Origin: the human T2T-CHM13v2.0 reference genome, Homo sapiens
Strand: one strand, 5' to 3'
Assembly: GCF_009914755.1 (NCBI RefSeq)
Contig: NC_060944.1
DNA: 64,000 bases
Shown: positions 1 through 19,525 of the stretch, piece after piece
How the letters are laid out: the number at the start of each line of letters is the position of its first letter
Position numbering within the stretch: the first letter of the stretch is position 1
Program-made: the position numbers and the translations under genes
The notes under the pieces: model-generated
Database searches by the model: none
Seen by the model: only the letters and a program-made list of their open reading frames with translations
What the model was told of the DNA's origin: nothing

Positions 1-35
1 GCTGGGATTACAGGCGTGAGCCACTGCTCCTGGCC
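1..35 (-). mobile_element. Alu 5' end (cut by window edge)
   Basis: gctgggattacaggcgtgagccactg...ggcc. Confidence 0.85.
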
Positions 36-315
36 AAAAAAAATTTTTTTTTAAATAAATGCCCTATTTTGCATGATACCATTTTAGGAGGATGGGGAAT
101 GCTGTGCTGTCCATGTTTAGAGCCCCCCGATCCTGACACTGGGCTCATGGTGCTCCTGGTTCTCAGTCCACCTCTGTTTGTCAGTGAACAAAGAGGCCTG
201 GGATAAAGTGTCTTCACATAATGCTCATGTGGTCAGATCAGTGGTGCTGCTGCAGTATTTTTCCTCCACCAAAAAGCGGATACAAACATTTTTAGGCATT
301 AAAGAAACAATTTTT

Positions 316-619
316 GGCTGGGTGTGGTGGCTCATGCCTGTAATCCCAGCACTTTGGGAGGCTGAGGCAGGCAGATCACTTGAGGCCAGGAGTTTCAGAC
401 CAGCTTGGCCAACATGGTGAAACCCCATCTCTACTAAAAATGCAAAAATTAGCCGGGCATGGTGGCAGGCATCTGTAGTCCCAGCTACTCAGTCAGCTGA
501 GGCAGGAGAATTGCTTGAACCTGGGCAGCGGAGGTTGTAGTGAGCCAAGATTTTGCGACTGCACTCTAGCCTGGGCAACAGAGGGAGACCTTGTCTCAAA
601 AAAAAAAAAAAAAAAAAAA
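316..619 (+). mobile_element. Alu (AluS-type), full length
   Basis: Alu consensus with A tail; flanking aacaatt TSD-like repeat. Confidence 0.93.
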
Positions 620-891
620 GGAACAATTATTTTTTTCAAAGTAATGCCTTTTTTCAAGCCAGCAAAACTTTTAAAAAGAAAGCCAACAAAAGAGGAACAA
701 TTCCTACTAGATATTAAAACATATGATAAAGTTTTCACACTTAAAACAGTTTGGTAGCTGCTACATGAATAGTCAAGGAGCCCAGTGGACCAAACAGAAG
801 TAGATTCTGTTTTGGATGGAAACTTAGTAAGTTTTAAAGGTGTCATCTCAAATCAGTGGGGGAAAATGGAGTATTTAACAAATGATGCTGA

Positions 892-3150
<2,259 letters not shown>

Positions 3151-3154
3151 TTTA

Positions 3155-3800
<646 letters not shown>

Positions 3801-5138
3801 AATGCAAAGAAATCAAAACAAGTTAAAAAAGGGTAAAGGGCCACCCAGAAGTGATTTCTGTAGGTGAGCTGCCCTGGGATTGCGGTGGAAGGTCTGGGGG
3901 CACAAGGTAGAAGCTCACAGCGGCTTCTCCAACTGTATGTCCTCTCACAGCAGAAATGCTCCAAGGATTGTCCTCTGCCTAGAGAAATCCCAACAGCAGC
4001 CTTGGTCAAGGACAGTATTTCAGCTGCTTTTGTTTTCTTGCTGCAGCATAAACCTTCCACAGGGCCAGAAATTTACTGAGACAGGATGAAGGTTTGGGCT
4101 ATAGATTCTCAGATACTGAAAATGTGGTCGATGGCATTTCAGGCCTTTCCCGTGCTCTCATGGTGGCAGGTTAGGCCCCTGCAGCTCAGCTACACAACAA
4201 GAGGAGGTAATAGATGGAGCAAAGGAAAGAAGCCAGAAGCGGACAAGCAAGGCTGGGAGTAGGGAAGACAGTTGGTGGGATGGGTAGAAGCCCGGGAGGC
4301 TGGGAACTGAGAGGGAAGTGGTGGCCTCAGTGGGAGAGCCCCATGGGGAGAGAATGAGGCAGACTAAAATCTAGGCAGCCAAAGCAGCAGACCCCATATC
4401 CTCACAAATGCCACAGGGTCTACCCCACTTATTGGTCCATGCACATTTTCAGGAGCAGACACAGATGCTCAAAGTTTGAACAGTCTAGAGAAATGGCTAT
4501 TCCAAGACAGTAGCAAAATCTGCAAATGGTGAAAAGAGAGTGGAGACGGCAAAGATATGCTGAGAGCTAGAAAGATTCTGCCTCTTACAGCAAAGCTTAA
4601 CAGCCCTCCTCACCTCCCCAATGGCAGACCTCCAAGGTCTGGAGTGTCACTGGGAAACTGTCTTTGATCATCATAAAATATCACACTTTGCCCTACTTAA
4701 TGCTTTTTTTTTGCCTTGAACATTTATTTAACATTAATAGCACTACTCCCTCTTTTTTAATTTTCCTTTTTGTGTCATTTTGATAAATGTCTTTTGTAAA
4801 TACCCAATGCCATTTAAGAAGGCCCATCTGAGCTTTTTATGATACTGTGTAATGAAATTTAACCCATTCACATTTTTTATATTTAGTAGTTTGGTGTTGT
4901 TTGTATTATGTTACTTTATGTAATTTATTATATACATTTATCATATTCCTTTATATTTATTTTATATGTATACATAAATCTCTTTTTTGTGGTTTCTTCG
5001 TTTAGTCCCCATGTAATCACTCTTGCTGGACTGATTAAGTTTTCTGTGTTTCTTTTATTCACTCTACTGGTTTAGAAGTTCTACATTCTATTTCTAGTCC
5101 ATGGAGATTACTCTTTAACTTTAAAGAAACATCTCAGA

Positions 5139-5757
<619 letters not shown>

Positions 5758-6159
5758 ACCTCTGCTTCTTTAAGAGACCATCAAAGGTCACACACATTGA
5801 GCCACAGCAGGAGACAAGGCCATGTTTCCATTCTGCTATTACTCCTCTGAACTCCCAGTTCACCTGGGCTGCAGGGCAGCCTGAGGAAGGAAAGAAGGGA
5901 ATCATCACTGCTATCAGGCTCCTAAACATGGAGCCTAAGTCAGTTAGACTTAAACAGGTTGTCTAAGTCAGTACTCTTGGGTTCTCCATGGTAAGAACCC
6001 CATGAGTCAGCACTGTTTGAGTAAGTGACAGTCTCTCACAGTAACCCATTAACACTCCTTCTCCTTTGTGTCTGCCCATATTTTGGGGGTCTTTCTGGGC
6101 AGGGGGGAGATTGAGAGGGTTCATAAGAAAGAGAAAAGATAATGATTAAAAAGTAAATG

Positions 6160-6940
6160 TAGTTAGCCAAAAAAGTGGAAACAACCCAAATGTCCATGAA
6201 CAGATAAATGCAGTAAACAAAATGTGGTTAATACAAATACAATAAACAAAATGTATGGTTAATACAATGAAATATTATTGTCATAAAAAGGAATAAAGTT
6301 GGTCAGGCGCAATAGCACACATGCCTGTAATCCCAGCACTTTGGGAGGCTGAGATGGGCAGATCGCTTGAGTTCCAGACCAGCCCAGACAACATGGCGAA
6401 ACCACATCTCTACAAAAAAAAATACAAAAATTAGCTAGATGTGGTGGTGCTCACCTGTGGTCTCAGATACTCAGGAGGCTGAGGTGGGCAGATTGAGCCC
6501 GGGAGGGCAAGGCTGCAGTGAACTGTGATCGTGTCACTGCACTCCAGCCTGGGTGACAGAGTGAGACCCTATCTCAAAAAACTAACAAAAAGGAATAAAG
6601 TTCTGACACATGCTACCACATGGATGAACCTTGAAGACATGATGCACAAAAGGACAAAAGGACATCTGATTCCACTGACATGAGGTGCCTAAAAGAGCCA
6701 ACTGCACAGAGAGAAAGCAGAATAGAGGTTACCAGGGCTGGGGGAGGGGAGGAAGGGGAATTATTGCTTAATGGGTACAGAGTTTCTGTTTCGGGTGATG
6801 AAAAAATTTTGGAAATAGATAGTTGGTGATGGTTGTGCAACATTGTGAATATACTCAATGCCACTCAATTATATACTTAAACGTGGTTAAAATGGCACAT
6901 TTTAGGTTTTATATATTTATCACAGTTTTCTTAAAAAAAT
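6160..6940 (+). mobile_element. L1MB-type 3' end interrupted by AluJ (6301-6590)
   Basis: L1M 3' motifs (gaaacaacccaaatgtcca; gaggttaccagggctgggg; ttaatgggtacagagtttc); Alu TSD aaaaggaataaagtt. Confidence 0.8.
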
Positions 6941-7239
6941 GAATGTGGAGAGTTTTTCAGGGTGGGCTTGTTTCCTTCTCCATTTAGGGGGATGGAAGCC
7001 TGAGAAAGTTCCTGCTGGAAATCTGAACCTTGATCCCTAGTGCTGACTGAGGAAGCGCTCTCTCCTGGGCCTGGCTTCCAAGGAGGGGGCTTCCTCGGAG
7101 TCCTGGCCTCCTTCTCCTCTGTTCCCCAAACTGGCTCCAGCCTCCCCTGGCCCCAGGTCCTGCTCCAGCTGTTACCTCTCAGCTTCCCTCACCCAGGCCC
7201 TCTCTGCTTGCCCAAGCCAGGCATTTTAAAAATAAGCCA

Positions 7240-7666
<427 letters not shown>

Positions 7667-8518
7667 TCACCTGCCCTCCAGGACCCAAGGAAAATTCTGG
7701 GCCAGGACAGAACAGTAGAGGAGAGGGAGGCAGAGGTTAATGGGGGCAAGCTAGAACCTCCATCACGTGGGCTCAGACAATGGAGCTGCACCACTTCACA
7801 CACTGCTGTGAGGACCATTAAAACCATTAGCGGGACATTAGCTCTGCTCCAGGAACTGCAGAGAGGGAGGCAAGGGAGGTGCCCACAGTCCTCCAGAGGT
7901 GAGCCCTGAGCCTCTCTGGGCCTCGGCTTCCTCTGGGTGGGAGAAGGAGCACAGTTGTCTCTCTGCTTCCACAGCTAATTTCTACAAGGGGCCTGAAATC
8001 TTCCTTCCCTGCCCCTTCCAAGAAGATGGCTCAGTCCTCTGTGCAACTAAATACAATTTCCATTTTATATCTTTTTAAGAGTATTCCCAAATAAAAAAAC
8101 TCTTTGATCAGACCACACTCCACTATTTTCTGCTCAGTGTGGCCACTTTGATGACAGCTCTTGGGGTCTGTGTCTTAGGCTGGAGGTGCCGAGAGGGTGG
8201 AGTCTAACCCCCATAGCGGTGCCTTGTACATTGAGGACACTATAAATATTGGGTGCACTGAACCAGACTTCAAGAAGAATCTTTCTTCTTTCTGTGAATC
8301 TTGTTATTGAATTTTCATATTATCTAATACCCTCTGCAGAGAAGGACTCATTTTCTAGCATATTAATCTGATACAACTGGCCTACAAGTAACATGATTCT
8401 GTCCAGCCCTCAAGAAAATCCCACCACCTGCATTTTGATCAAAGCAAAGTGAGGGAAAATGTTCTCCTTATCTTACCATTTGTCTCTTGGATACGTGATG
8501 TTGGAAATAAACAGATTA

Positions 8519-8905
<387 letters not shown>

Positions 8906-9769
8906 TTATCCTGGTTACCGGTTACTTTAGAATTGGATTTATTTTCCATGTAACCTGCATTAGAAATTTGCAAACACTACAGATGTCCTCTTTTGGCATT
9001 TTGTGGTCAGAGTGATGAAATGAAACCACTCTCAAAGCCTTGTCTTGGGACATCGGATTTGACAGCAGCCGAACCTGTCCTGCGGCTGTGTTTGGATGGT
9101 GGGGAGTCATTCGCCCACCCTGGCCTGCCTTTGCTGCACAGGAAATAAGCTAGTAATTCAAGTATATGTATTTTTAGTTCTAACTCAAGCTGAAGAATCA
9201 AAGACTGCTGGGTCCTTGGCCCTTCCTTGATGCTGCAGATAAATAATCTGGTGAGCCATGTGATTTCATCTTGCGCCACGTGCCCAGCCATAAAACAGGG
9301 ATAACGGCACTGCCTAAGAGGCTGAGGCCTTGAGAGCTCATTGCTTTGCATGGAGTGCTGAAGACTGACAGATGAAGGGCTCTAGGCATGAGGCGGGAGG
9401 CTGCTTCACCTGCCAGGTGGTGAAAGGCAGGCCTGAACTTCCATCTCCTGCCGCACTCAGAAGAAGCTGGCTACATTCAGAGGCCCCCACCTGGAAACTA
9501 CTAATGAAGCTGAGGAAGTCACATCCAGCCCCACTGTAAGCAGAGGCCACCTCGATCTTGGCCCTGCCCCAGCTGGACTCCCAGAACACCCTGGAGACAA
9601 ATGCCCTCCACAGTCCTTTCTTCCTTTGGGAGCTACCAGAGCCTCACCAGGGCAATTCCTGCATCTCAGGTCATGAACTTCGGTTCATCCCCTGATACTC
9701 ATCAGGTGCTTATGCACACAACACTGTGCTTTCCCCCTTTTGCTTCGGCAACAGAACTCCTCACATTCT

Positions 9770-10598
<829 letters not shown>

Positions 10599-12207
10599 TT
10601 AGTGAGAGATCGCAACTTGCACGACACTGACCACTACTGGTTCTAGTGGTGACCTGGATTTAGTGCCATTCTGTATGAAACAAAACCAGGGGGCTGTGCT
10701 TCCGGCTGTTTGTGCGGTTTTGTGCTTCATTCTTCATGGGCACAGATGAGCACGGTGATAACAGTGTTTACGAAGCCAGGTGCCGGAGACAGTGAGGATG
10801 GCTACAGGAAAGAAAGGCCACAGATTGCTCTTCAGTGGCAGTGAGAGGAGACCTAATGCAGAGGCTGCACAGTGGTGCTGGGATTCTATAACCAACAACA
10901 AAAGCAACACCCTCATTACCGACACTCCTGCAGCCCAAACTACTTTGCCTTTGTGCGTTGGAAACCCAACCCAAGCCCATTTTCCCCACTGGAATTATTT
11001 GTGATGATGTGAAGTTTTTGGAGATGCAACCATCCCAGAACAGGCACGCTCAGATGAGAAGACGTGGGAGACACAGTTCTAGCAAACAGTTCTACCGCTC
11101 AGAGCAAAGCCTACGTCACACAGCCTCTAGGGTCTGGGCACAGTGTGGGGACAGGAGGGCTGGCCGCCCTGCCTCTTGAAAGGAATACGCAGCTCTGCAG
11201 GTTCAAGCCACCCAGCTGAAGTCCTCAAACTGGGTAACACGGGCCAAGATGCCACCTGCACGTGTCCTGCTACATCACCATGGATCTGGCCAAGGAGCCA
11301 CCACCCCCTCGGAGCACGCATGCTGGGGTTGTCAAGGAGACCAGTGCACAGGACGGCCGCACCCAGGGCTGGAGACCGGCAGCGCAGGACAGCTGCATCC
11401 AGGGCTGGAAGACAGACTCGAGTTCTGACCCATCTTTCAATGGGAGAGAAAGAATCCAATCCCCTGCTAGGGCCACAAGGACATGATGGGTTTGGATGCC
11501 ATAAGAGATGAGAACACTCCAAGCTGAAGGCAAGAAGTGATTACCCTGGTTTTAGGCAGTGGTTGGGGGGTGGAGGTGGAGGGGAACTCACCTAGTCCTT
11601 CTTTGAAAGACAGTCAGGCTACTTGCTTTGCAAAGGGTTAGGAGGTGGACTGTGTGGGAAGGCAGGCGAGAGGGAGTTTCTTTTCATAGCCTGTTTCCAT
11701 GGTGTCTCACGGCCCTTGGCAAACCCCAGCTGGGGAGGCTTGGACGGCCAGGAGGCCCCAGGTCCACCCTCCAAGGACTATCCCCTAGTCCTCTGGGCCC
11801 CAAGAGTGACAGAGGCCACAGGCAGGCGGCTACTCTCTCTTGCCTCCCTGGGGGAAGGTGGCAAGAGGCCAGCGATAAAGGGCAGAGCAGAGAAAGAACA
11901 ACTCCAGGGGCCAGGGCTGCGGCTCCCTCCCTTCCACGTCCCCTCCTCCCCCTCCTCCCACGAGCCCACCCAAGGGGAAAGTTTTCTCCCTGAAGACCTG
12001 CAGGGCTGTCTGCACAGGAGACCCTCTCACGAGAAACACATTCTTGCCTCCCGCCTCTCCGCCTGGACAACCCAGATAACCAGATAAGGGCCTCTTTGAT
12101 TTCCCGTGTGTTTACACAAGCTGTGGCCCCAAGTCTTGGAAAGAATCAACCACCGCCAGGCAAGTCAGGACGCCTCCAGGTGGGGTGAGGGGAGACGGCC
12201 GCCTTAC

Positions 12208-12317
12208 CTGCTCCTGGGAATTCATCACTCGAAGCTTCATCTGCTTCAGGTAGGTGGAGGTGAGGGGCATGTTGTAATCAATAATCCCAGAGACCAGTGG
12301 AGATGGAGGCTCGTTTT
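12208..12317 (-). CDS. NOL4L: NOL4L coding exon (exon 4), 110 nt, phase 1-0: (E)[36 protein letters not shown]
   Basis: Acceptor ttttgttctttctgccag|AA, donor CAG|gtaagg; NOL4-family motif [13 protein letters not shown]; G+AA junction codon = Glu. Confidence 0.96.
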
Positions 12318-12563
12318 CTGGCAGAAAGAACAAAAGGAAAGCCCTTTCAGTCTGTGCTGCGGGCCTGTCGCCCACATGGAGCATTTAACAGAGCCCGTGG
12401 AAGAGGAAGCCACCTTGGAGGAGAAGGGACAGGTCAGAGGTCGCAGACTCTGTGGCTCACCCACATCTGGCCCAGAGATGTGGACTGCATGGTGTCAAAA
12501 ATATTTTTTTTTTATTAAATGCCAGTGTTCTATTTAGAGATTTCACACGTTAAAAAACAATGA

Positions 12564-12890
12564 GGCCGGGCGTGCTGGCTCATGCCTGTAATTCCAGCAC
12601 TTTGGGAGGCCAAGGCAGGAGGATCCCTTGAGCCCCAGGAGGGGACACAGGCCCCAGGAGTTCGAGACCAGCCTGGGCAACACAGGGAGATCTCGTCTTT
12701 ACAAATAATAAAATAAATTAGCCAGACGTGGTGGTGTGTGCCTGTAGTCCTAGCTACATAGGAGGCTGAAGTGGGAGGATCGCTTGAGGCCAGGTGGTCA
12801 AGGCTGCAGTCTGCAGTGAGCTGTGATGGCACCACTGCACTCCAGCCTCAGCAACAGAGTGAGAATCTATCTCTAAAAAACAAACAAAAA
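12564..12890 (+). mobile_element. AluJ with small internal duplication (gccccaggag x2)
   Basis: Alu consensus with J-type features. Confidence 0.88.
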
Positions 12891-14179
12891 AACCCAGCAA
12901 ACCCACCCCCACAACACACACACACGTTTATAGGAATTTTTGGCTTCTTTGAAGAACATAAGGTCTGGCCACATGGGGCCCCCACTCCCGAAGGCAAGCA
13001 ACCACTGCCACTTCAGCAGCCACTTCTTTTAGACAGGGTGTGTGGCTCCCATTTTGCCACAGTCCCCACCACTCCTTATCATATTGCACAGCTTTGCTCA
13101 TTTGCAAGTATCAATTATGATACTTGCCAGACCCTTGAAGGCATCTGTGTTTCCAACCACTGTCTAAGTCAGTTATCTTCCAGGTGAACACATGCCACTC
13201 TCACCTCACCCAATCCCGCCACCCCATAGCATCCCCCAAAAACATCCTCAGGTGCCTTATGCCTCCCAGGTCTGAGCCAGGCCTTCAGTAGCCCCCAAAT
13301 TCTGGTTCCTCCTTCATCATATGCAGAGGAACATTCTCCTCCCATTTATTCCTTTGTTGTCCTGAAGATCAAAGTGATGCATGTTCTTTTTGCAGAGAAT
13401 TTGCAAAGTACAGAAAGATGTAAAGAAAAAATTTAAAAACCATAATTGCACCACGCAGCTTGGCATATGCTTCTGTTTATTTTTTCCCTGTGATTTTTCT
13501 TTTTTACACATGATCTCATAATGCATACAGAGAATTCCAGTCTGCTTTTAAAAAGTTTTTTTTTCCTTAACATTTTGTCATAGGTATTTTCCCCAACATC
13601 AAGAATCTTATTTTGCTTTGTAAGTAGAATTTTTATGGCCATGTAATATTTTACCATAATTTGCTTAAGTCATTCTCTAACGATTGGCTATTTAGGTTGT
13701 TCCCATTGGGGCTATTATAAACAACACTGCAGGGGACATCTTTGTGCATAAATATTGCTCCGTATTTCTGATCTTATTTCTTGCCTTTTTGGAACAGATT
13801 ACAAGAAATTAAAAGGTAGGGACATAATTTGATAACCATTAAAATCTCTGACCAAGCTGCTGTAGGAATTGTTTCAATTACTTGTTACCTGGCCTCCTCC
13901 TCCTTCTTCCAAGGACTTCAGGCCAGATTCATTTTGCCCCAGCCTTTTAATCAAAAGGTGCCCCTGGTACATAGTCCCACTGATGGGCTGGGATTTCCAT
14001 AGCGTGAGGAAAAGTGGGAGCAACTTCCAGACCAAGTGCCCTCTACCATCACAAGGAGGCCCAAGAGACAGGCTGCAGGGTGACAGGGCCGAGGTCCAGG
14101 AGGACCAGAGGATATCCGGGGGTGACTTATAATACCTGCCCCTCAAGAGCCATAGCCCAAAAGGGTCCCTGCAACCTTG

Positions 14180-14790
14180 AAAACGCGATACCAAGGGCAA
14201 GAAGCCAGACATAAAACGACAACCACTGTATGATTCTACTTACACGAAATACTTAGAATAGGCAAATTCAAAGAGACAGAAAGTAACTCGAGGTTACTGG
14301 GGACTGGTGGCTGAGGGAATGGGACGTTATTGCTTAATGGGTACAGAGTTTCTGTTTAGGGTGATGAAAAAGTTTTGGAAATAGATAGTGGTGATGATTG
14401 CTCAACAGTGTGAATATAATATCTTTAAAATGGAACGATTAAGCCGGGCACGGTGGCTCACGCATGTAATCCCAGCACTTTGGGAGGCAGAGGCAGGAGG
14501 ACTGCTTGACCCCAGGAGTTCAAGGCCAGCCTGGGAAACATAGTGAGTCCCTCGTCTCTACTAAAAGGTAAAAATGTTAGCTGGGTGTGGTGGCACGTGC
14601 CTGAAGTCCCAGCTACTCGGGAGGCTGAGGTGGGAGGATCACCTGAGCCCAGGACGTTGAGGCAGCACTGCGATCCAGCCTGGGTGACAGAGACTGTGTC
14701 TCAACAACAACAACAGAAACAAACAAACAAAATTATTAAAAAGGCAAGTTTTTGTGCTGTAAATGTTTTACCATAATTTAAAAAGGAAAA
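14180..14790 (+). mobile_element. L1MB-type 3' end interrupted by AluJ (14442-14730)
   Basis: ttattgcttaatgggtacagagtttctgttt...gaaatagatagtggtgatg, near-identical to 6760-6840. Confidence 0.8.
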
Positions 14791-15039
14791 AAAGTCTGCC
14801 AACAAGCGGTGAAGTTACCCAAAGAGGACAAGGGAAGTTCCTGCTTGGCAAGGATAGGAACAGCCCTGCAGAAAAGGTGGGGACCCGGAATAGCTGGGGC
14901 CTAGAGGATGGGGGTCCTCTTTGACGCTGTGTACTTCTGGTGACTTTATAGATCAAATAACATTTTGAATAAAGTTTTACAGGAATGCAGAACTTAGTTT
15001 TGCTCTTTAAAGCTACCCTGTCACATATAGAATGTTTCA

Positions 15040-15489
<450 letters not shown>

Positions 15490-18400
15490 TCAAATGGGTT
15501 TCCACCCCACCGTCAACCTAGATTTGACTTTCTTAACCTCAGTGGGGTTTTAAACCCTAGCCCCATACATTGACCGGGTCGGATGCCACATGTCAGGCAG
15601 GCAGTCTAGTGATGACACTGAGATGGTATCGCTCAGAAGAGCCGTGGGTCCTGTTTTCAGAGGTGGATGTTTGGACTGAGAATTCTGCCATTTCTGTTTC
15701 CTCTAAGAGGAGGCTGTCTGGTGAGAAGCTGTTAAGCACCATGGTGAGTGTGACATCATGGTGAGTGTGAAGGGCGCCCAGCACTCTCGCGGCCCCGGTC
15801 GGCCCTTCGTTGGGTGTTGCAGGGATTGTCTAGGTTTGGGAGGCACGGAGGCGGGGAGCTGTGTTCTTCTACTGATGGTCGCCCCTGTCCTGACTGCAGT
15901 GTCATGACTGTTCATGAGAAAGTATCTTTAATAAAGCTAGTGACAGTGTGGCTTAGGAAAAATAAAACAGTGGCCAGGACAGCACCCTTGGGAGGCGTGA
16001 GAAGAGGTCTTCCTTGGCCTGTTCCCACCCCAGTGTCTCCAGAGATGAGAAACCACTTCCCGTGCCTGCAGGTAAGCCAAGAGAGCTCAGAAGAGGAAGG
16101 CAGGATGTCCTGGTCTTGGGGAAGCTGGAACATCCCGAGCAGACCCCTAAACCCATCGGAGAACACCTTACATTGCTGTAAGGTGAAATGCTTGATTTTG
16201 CAGTTCCAGAATGAGAGTTCTGTGGGGGAGGGAGGACCTCCGCAGGGAGGGGACATTCTAGGTGAGGAAATGAGCCATGGAGCCATGGGTGGGAGGTCAG
16301 AGCTCAACCACACCAGGGTGAGGAGAAAAGCAGGCAAGCTTTTCAGCAGTGAGGAGCCCCAGGTGTTCTGGATTCAATAAGTGGGTGCACACTGAGAGGA
16401 TGGGCTTAGTGGGAAAGAGACGGAGCAGGGGCCAGTGGAAGCCGCAGAGTCAGATGCTCACCAGTGAGAAAAACGCCAGGATGGGGGACAAGGTCAGGTG
16501 GAAACGTGAACAAGGAAGAAGTGGGTTCCTTGGACTCTGAGACACGCCGCCCCCCTCCCTGCCCATGGTCAACATGTGGTGCCACACTCGAGCCTCTACA
16601 AATGACCTGATAGTGCGGCACCGCTGGACTCTGTTGCCATGGAGAAGGGTGAGCTAGGAGCTAGCAAGGGTCACGGAGCCTAAATCATCCAGCAGGTTGC
16701 TGGCAAGAGAAGCACAACAAGAGCCCAGAGAGATCTTTCAACATCTCTTTGCCAAGAAAAATGGAAACCAGCCCAGGCACTAGACCTAGTTTTATGCAGT
16801 CTCGAGAATAATCAATGATGTGGGTGCTTGGGCCAAGCCAGGTTGTTTGCTGGCCTGTGCAGCTGGGCGCCAATGGCACTCATCAACCAATGCAAACCTC
16901 AACCATGGGAGTGACCCTCATTTCCTCGTGGGAACACCAGGTGGTGATGCTCACAAGCTTTCACCTACAGCACGAAGAACTCTCAGTCCAGAGACAGGTA
17001 TGAAAGATCTTCCAGGCAGGGGTGGGCGTCGAAGGATGTGTGCACGATGGGGGCCTGGCACAGAGAGGCCGTGAGACCAGCCAGCCTCAGGGGGTTCAAA
17101 TTTGGAAACAGAGATCCCAGGCCTGAGACCAGCTCAAAAGGTGGCAAAAAAAAAAAAATCTCCTTCCTGGGGAAGTAAATCATTGAATTGGCAAGTCTTC
17201 GAGGAGTGCTGATGTGCATGCTATCCGGGTGGGGAACGTGAGGAAACTGTGTGCGGTGCAGTCCCCAGGCTCAGGAAACAAGGGTGAAGGATGAGCAGGG
17301 TGCGACAGACGTGAGGCCATTAGGGTCACTGGAGGAAGAGCTGAGAGGGCCCCGGAGTCGCTCAAGGAAGCTTCGTAGAGAGAATCGGAATGGGACTCAC
17401 GAACTATTGCTCAGCTGACAGCTCCTTAGCACCTGCTTAGGGCTCCACACACACACTCTGGTTAGAGGCTCCCAGGAACCTTGTGAGGTGGGTGCTCATA
17501 GTAATACCCTGACTTTACAGATGAGGCAACAGCACACAGAGAAGCTATGCAACCTTCCCACAGTCCCACAGCAAGCAAGTGTGAGAGCCGGGAGAGGCCA
17601 GGCTGGCAAGGAGGGATGTGGAGGGGCCAGGCATGGAGGGCCTTGGAAACCACGCAGAGGAGTCTGGGCCTGGTTGTGAAGGGGTGGAGACCCAAGTGGA
17701 CAACCTGCCTACTGAGGAAGAGTCAGCATTGCTGCCCATTGGCTACTCCCAGTTTGCAACCATGCAACAATATTTTGTCACATCAAAGAAAACAGAGACA
17801 TGCCTCCAAAGGTCCCTTTCCCCAAGAGCTGGGCTGGTCTAAAGTCACACCCACTTTGCATGCTGTGTCCTCAATTCCTCAGGGACTGGTGGAAGAGGAG
17901 TGTGGAGTCAGGAGGTCCTGGAATTTCCCGTCCTCAGACTTCCTGATCCTCTGCCACCTCCTTTGTTTATGCTCCTGGCACTGGGGGAGGGCACGGGGCT
18001 GTCCAGGCCCCCCCCACTCTGCTGGGGAGAGACCGCTGAGCAAAGGAGGCCACTCTACTTCCTTTCTTTCTTTTTAACATGAGGCCAGGAAGCCAGGCAT
18101 TCTCCCAGCAGCCCTCAAGGAGCCTCCATCCTGTCCCCTGTCCCCGCTCCCTCCCACCTTCCTGGGGCAGGAACACTGGGTCTGCCTCTGGGGCTGGTGC
18201 AGGCTCTGCTTTCCCAGCAGCTGGAGAGGGAGAAGGGAGGGCTGGCAATGCAGGGGTGCCTGGGAGACAGCAGGCTATAGCTGCATCCAGTGGCCAGCAT
18301 GGCGGGCAGAGATAGGATCTGCAGGCTTTCAGCGGGGGCAGGAGGAGGGGAACCTGGGGACGGTCCAGGAGGCGAATGCCTCTGGCCACTTAGCAGACAG

Positions 18401-19525
18401 TGGAGCCTTTCAGACTCAAAACTCTCCACTGGCAGCTTCCAGAAACTAGGCCTTTCCCTTCTAACCCTGTCCAGGGTGTGGACCCAGCATGCTTGCCTGG
18501 CAGGGCTGGGGGCCACATCTGACCCTACCTGGGTAGAGGCAGACCTTGTGTCTCTGTTGGGCCACCTGGACGTTGGCAGCCTTGTGTCTGGGCACCGTAG
18601 GCCACGACACGGGCTGGAGGCAGGAGGCAGGGTGATGCTCCCCAGGCACCCACTGCGTCCCAGGTGCCCTCCACAATAGGCTCACCCTCACCACCCTGAA
18701 AGGATGGCATTCCTTCCACTTTGCTGATGAGAAAATATGGTTTCCTGCCTGCACTTCTATCTCCTGGGAGAGCTTGGATGTATGATTTCACCTCAACACC
18801 TCTCTGTGCCTCAGTTTCCTTACCTGTAAGCCAGGACTAACACCTCATAGGATCTTTGTAACTGTCATGATCAGGAACTGCTCAGAGAGGTTCCCTGTCC
18901 TGCCGAGGGACACACAGTGGGGAACAGGGCTGCACACCAGACCTGCCTGACTCCAAGTCCATGCCCTTCCATGAGCCACTTCCCCGGGCTCCTGCTCCCT
19001 CAGCGTCTTCTCCTCTCCCTGCGAGGAGAAGCTCCGCTACCTGGGACAGAGATGGCATTGTGTCTGAGGATGGGGGAGGATGGGTGAGAATGGGCATGGT
19101 GCTAGTCTTCTGTCCAGCCTGAAGAAAGCCCCAGGAAAGATGGGCTTCAGCGCTGGTTTATATTCTAGATGGCTCCTGGCCTGTGTGCTCCCTCGCTCCC
19201 TGGCCTCTTTCTCCTCCCTGGGGGTGGGGTGTGGTGGTGGCAGCCAGCGAGGAGAGGAAGCAGGCCACTGCTGTGCTCCGCGTTGCCCTCCTGGCCACAC
19301 AGAAGCCCACAGATGAGGAGTGCAGCCTGCAGCATGGGGAGACCTCGCAGCCATCAGTGAGGAGTGCGGAGGGAGCTGAGGAATGCCCTCCATACTGCCG
19401 TGGGATGTGTGGCAGGAGAGGGGAGCGGATGGCGCCTCAGACACCCCAGAGCAGCCCACAAATGGAGCCCCTCTTGGCTTCGCCTCTGTTCCTCCAGGCA
19501 AGCAATTCTGTGTCTGACTCCGCCA

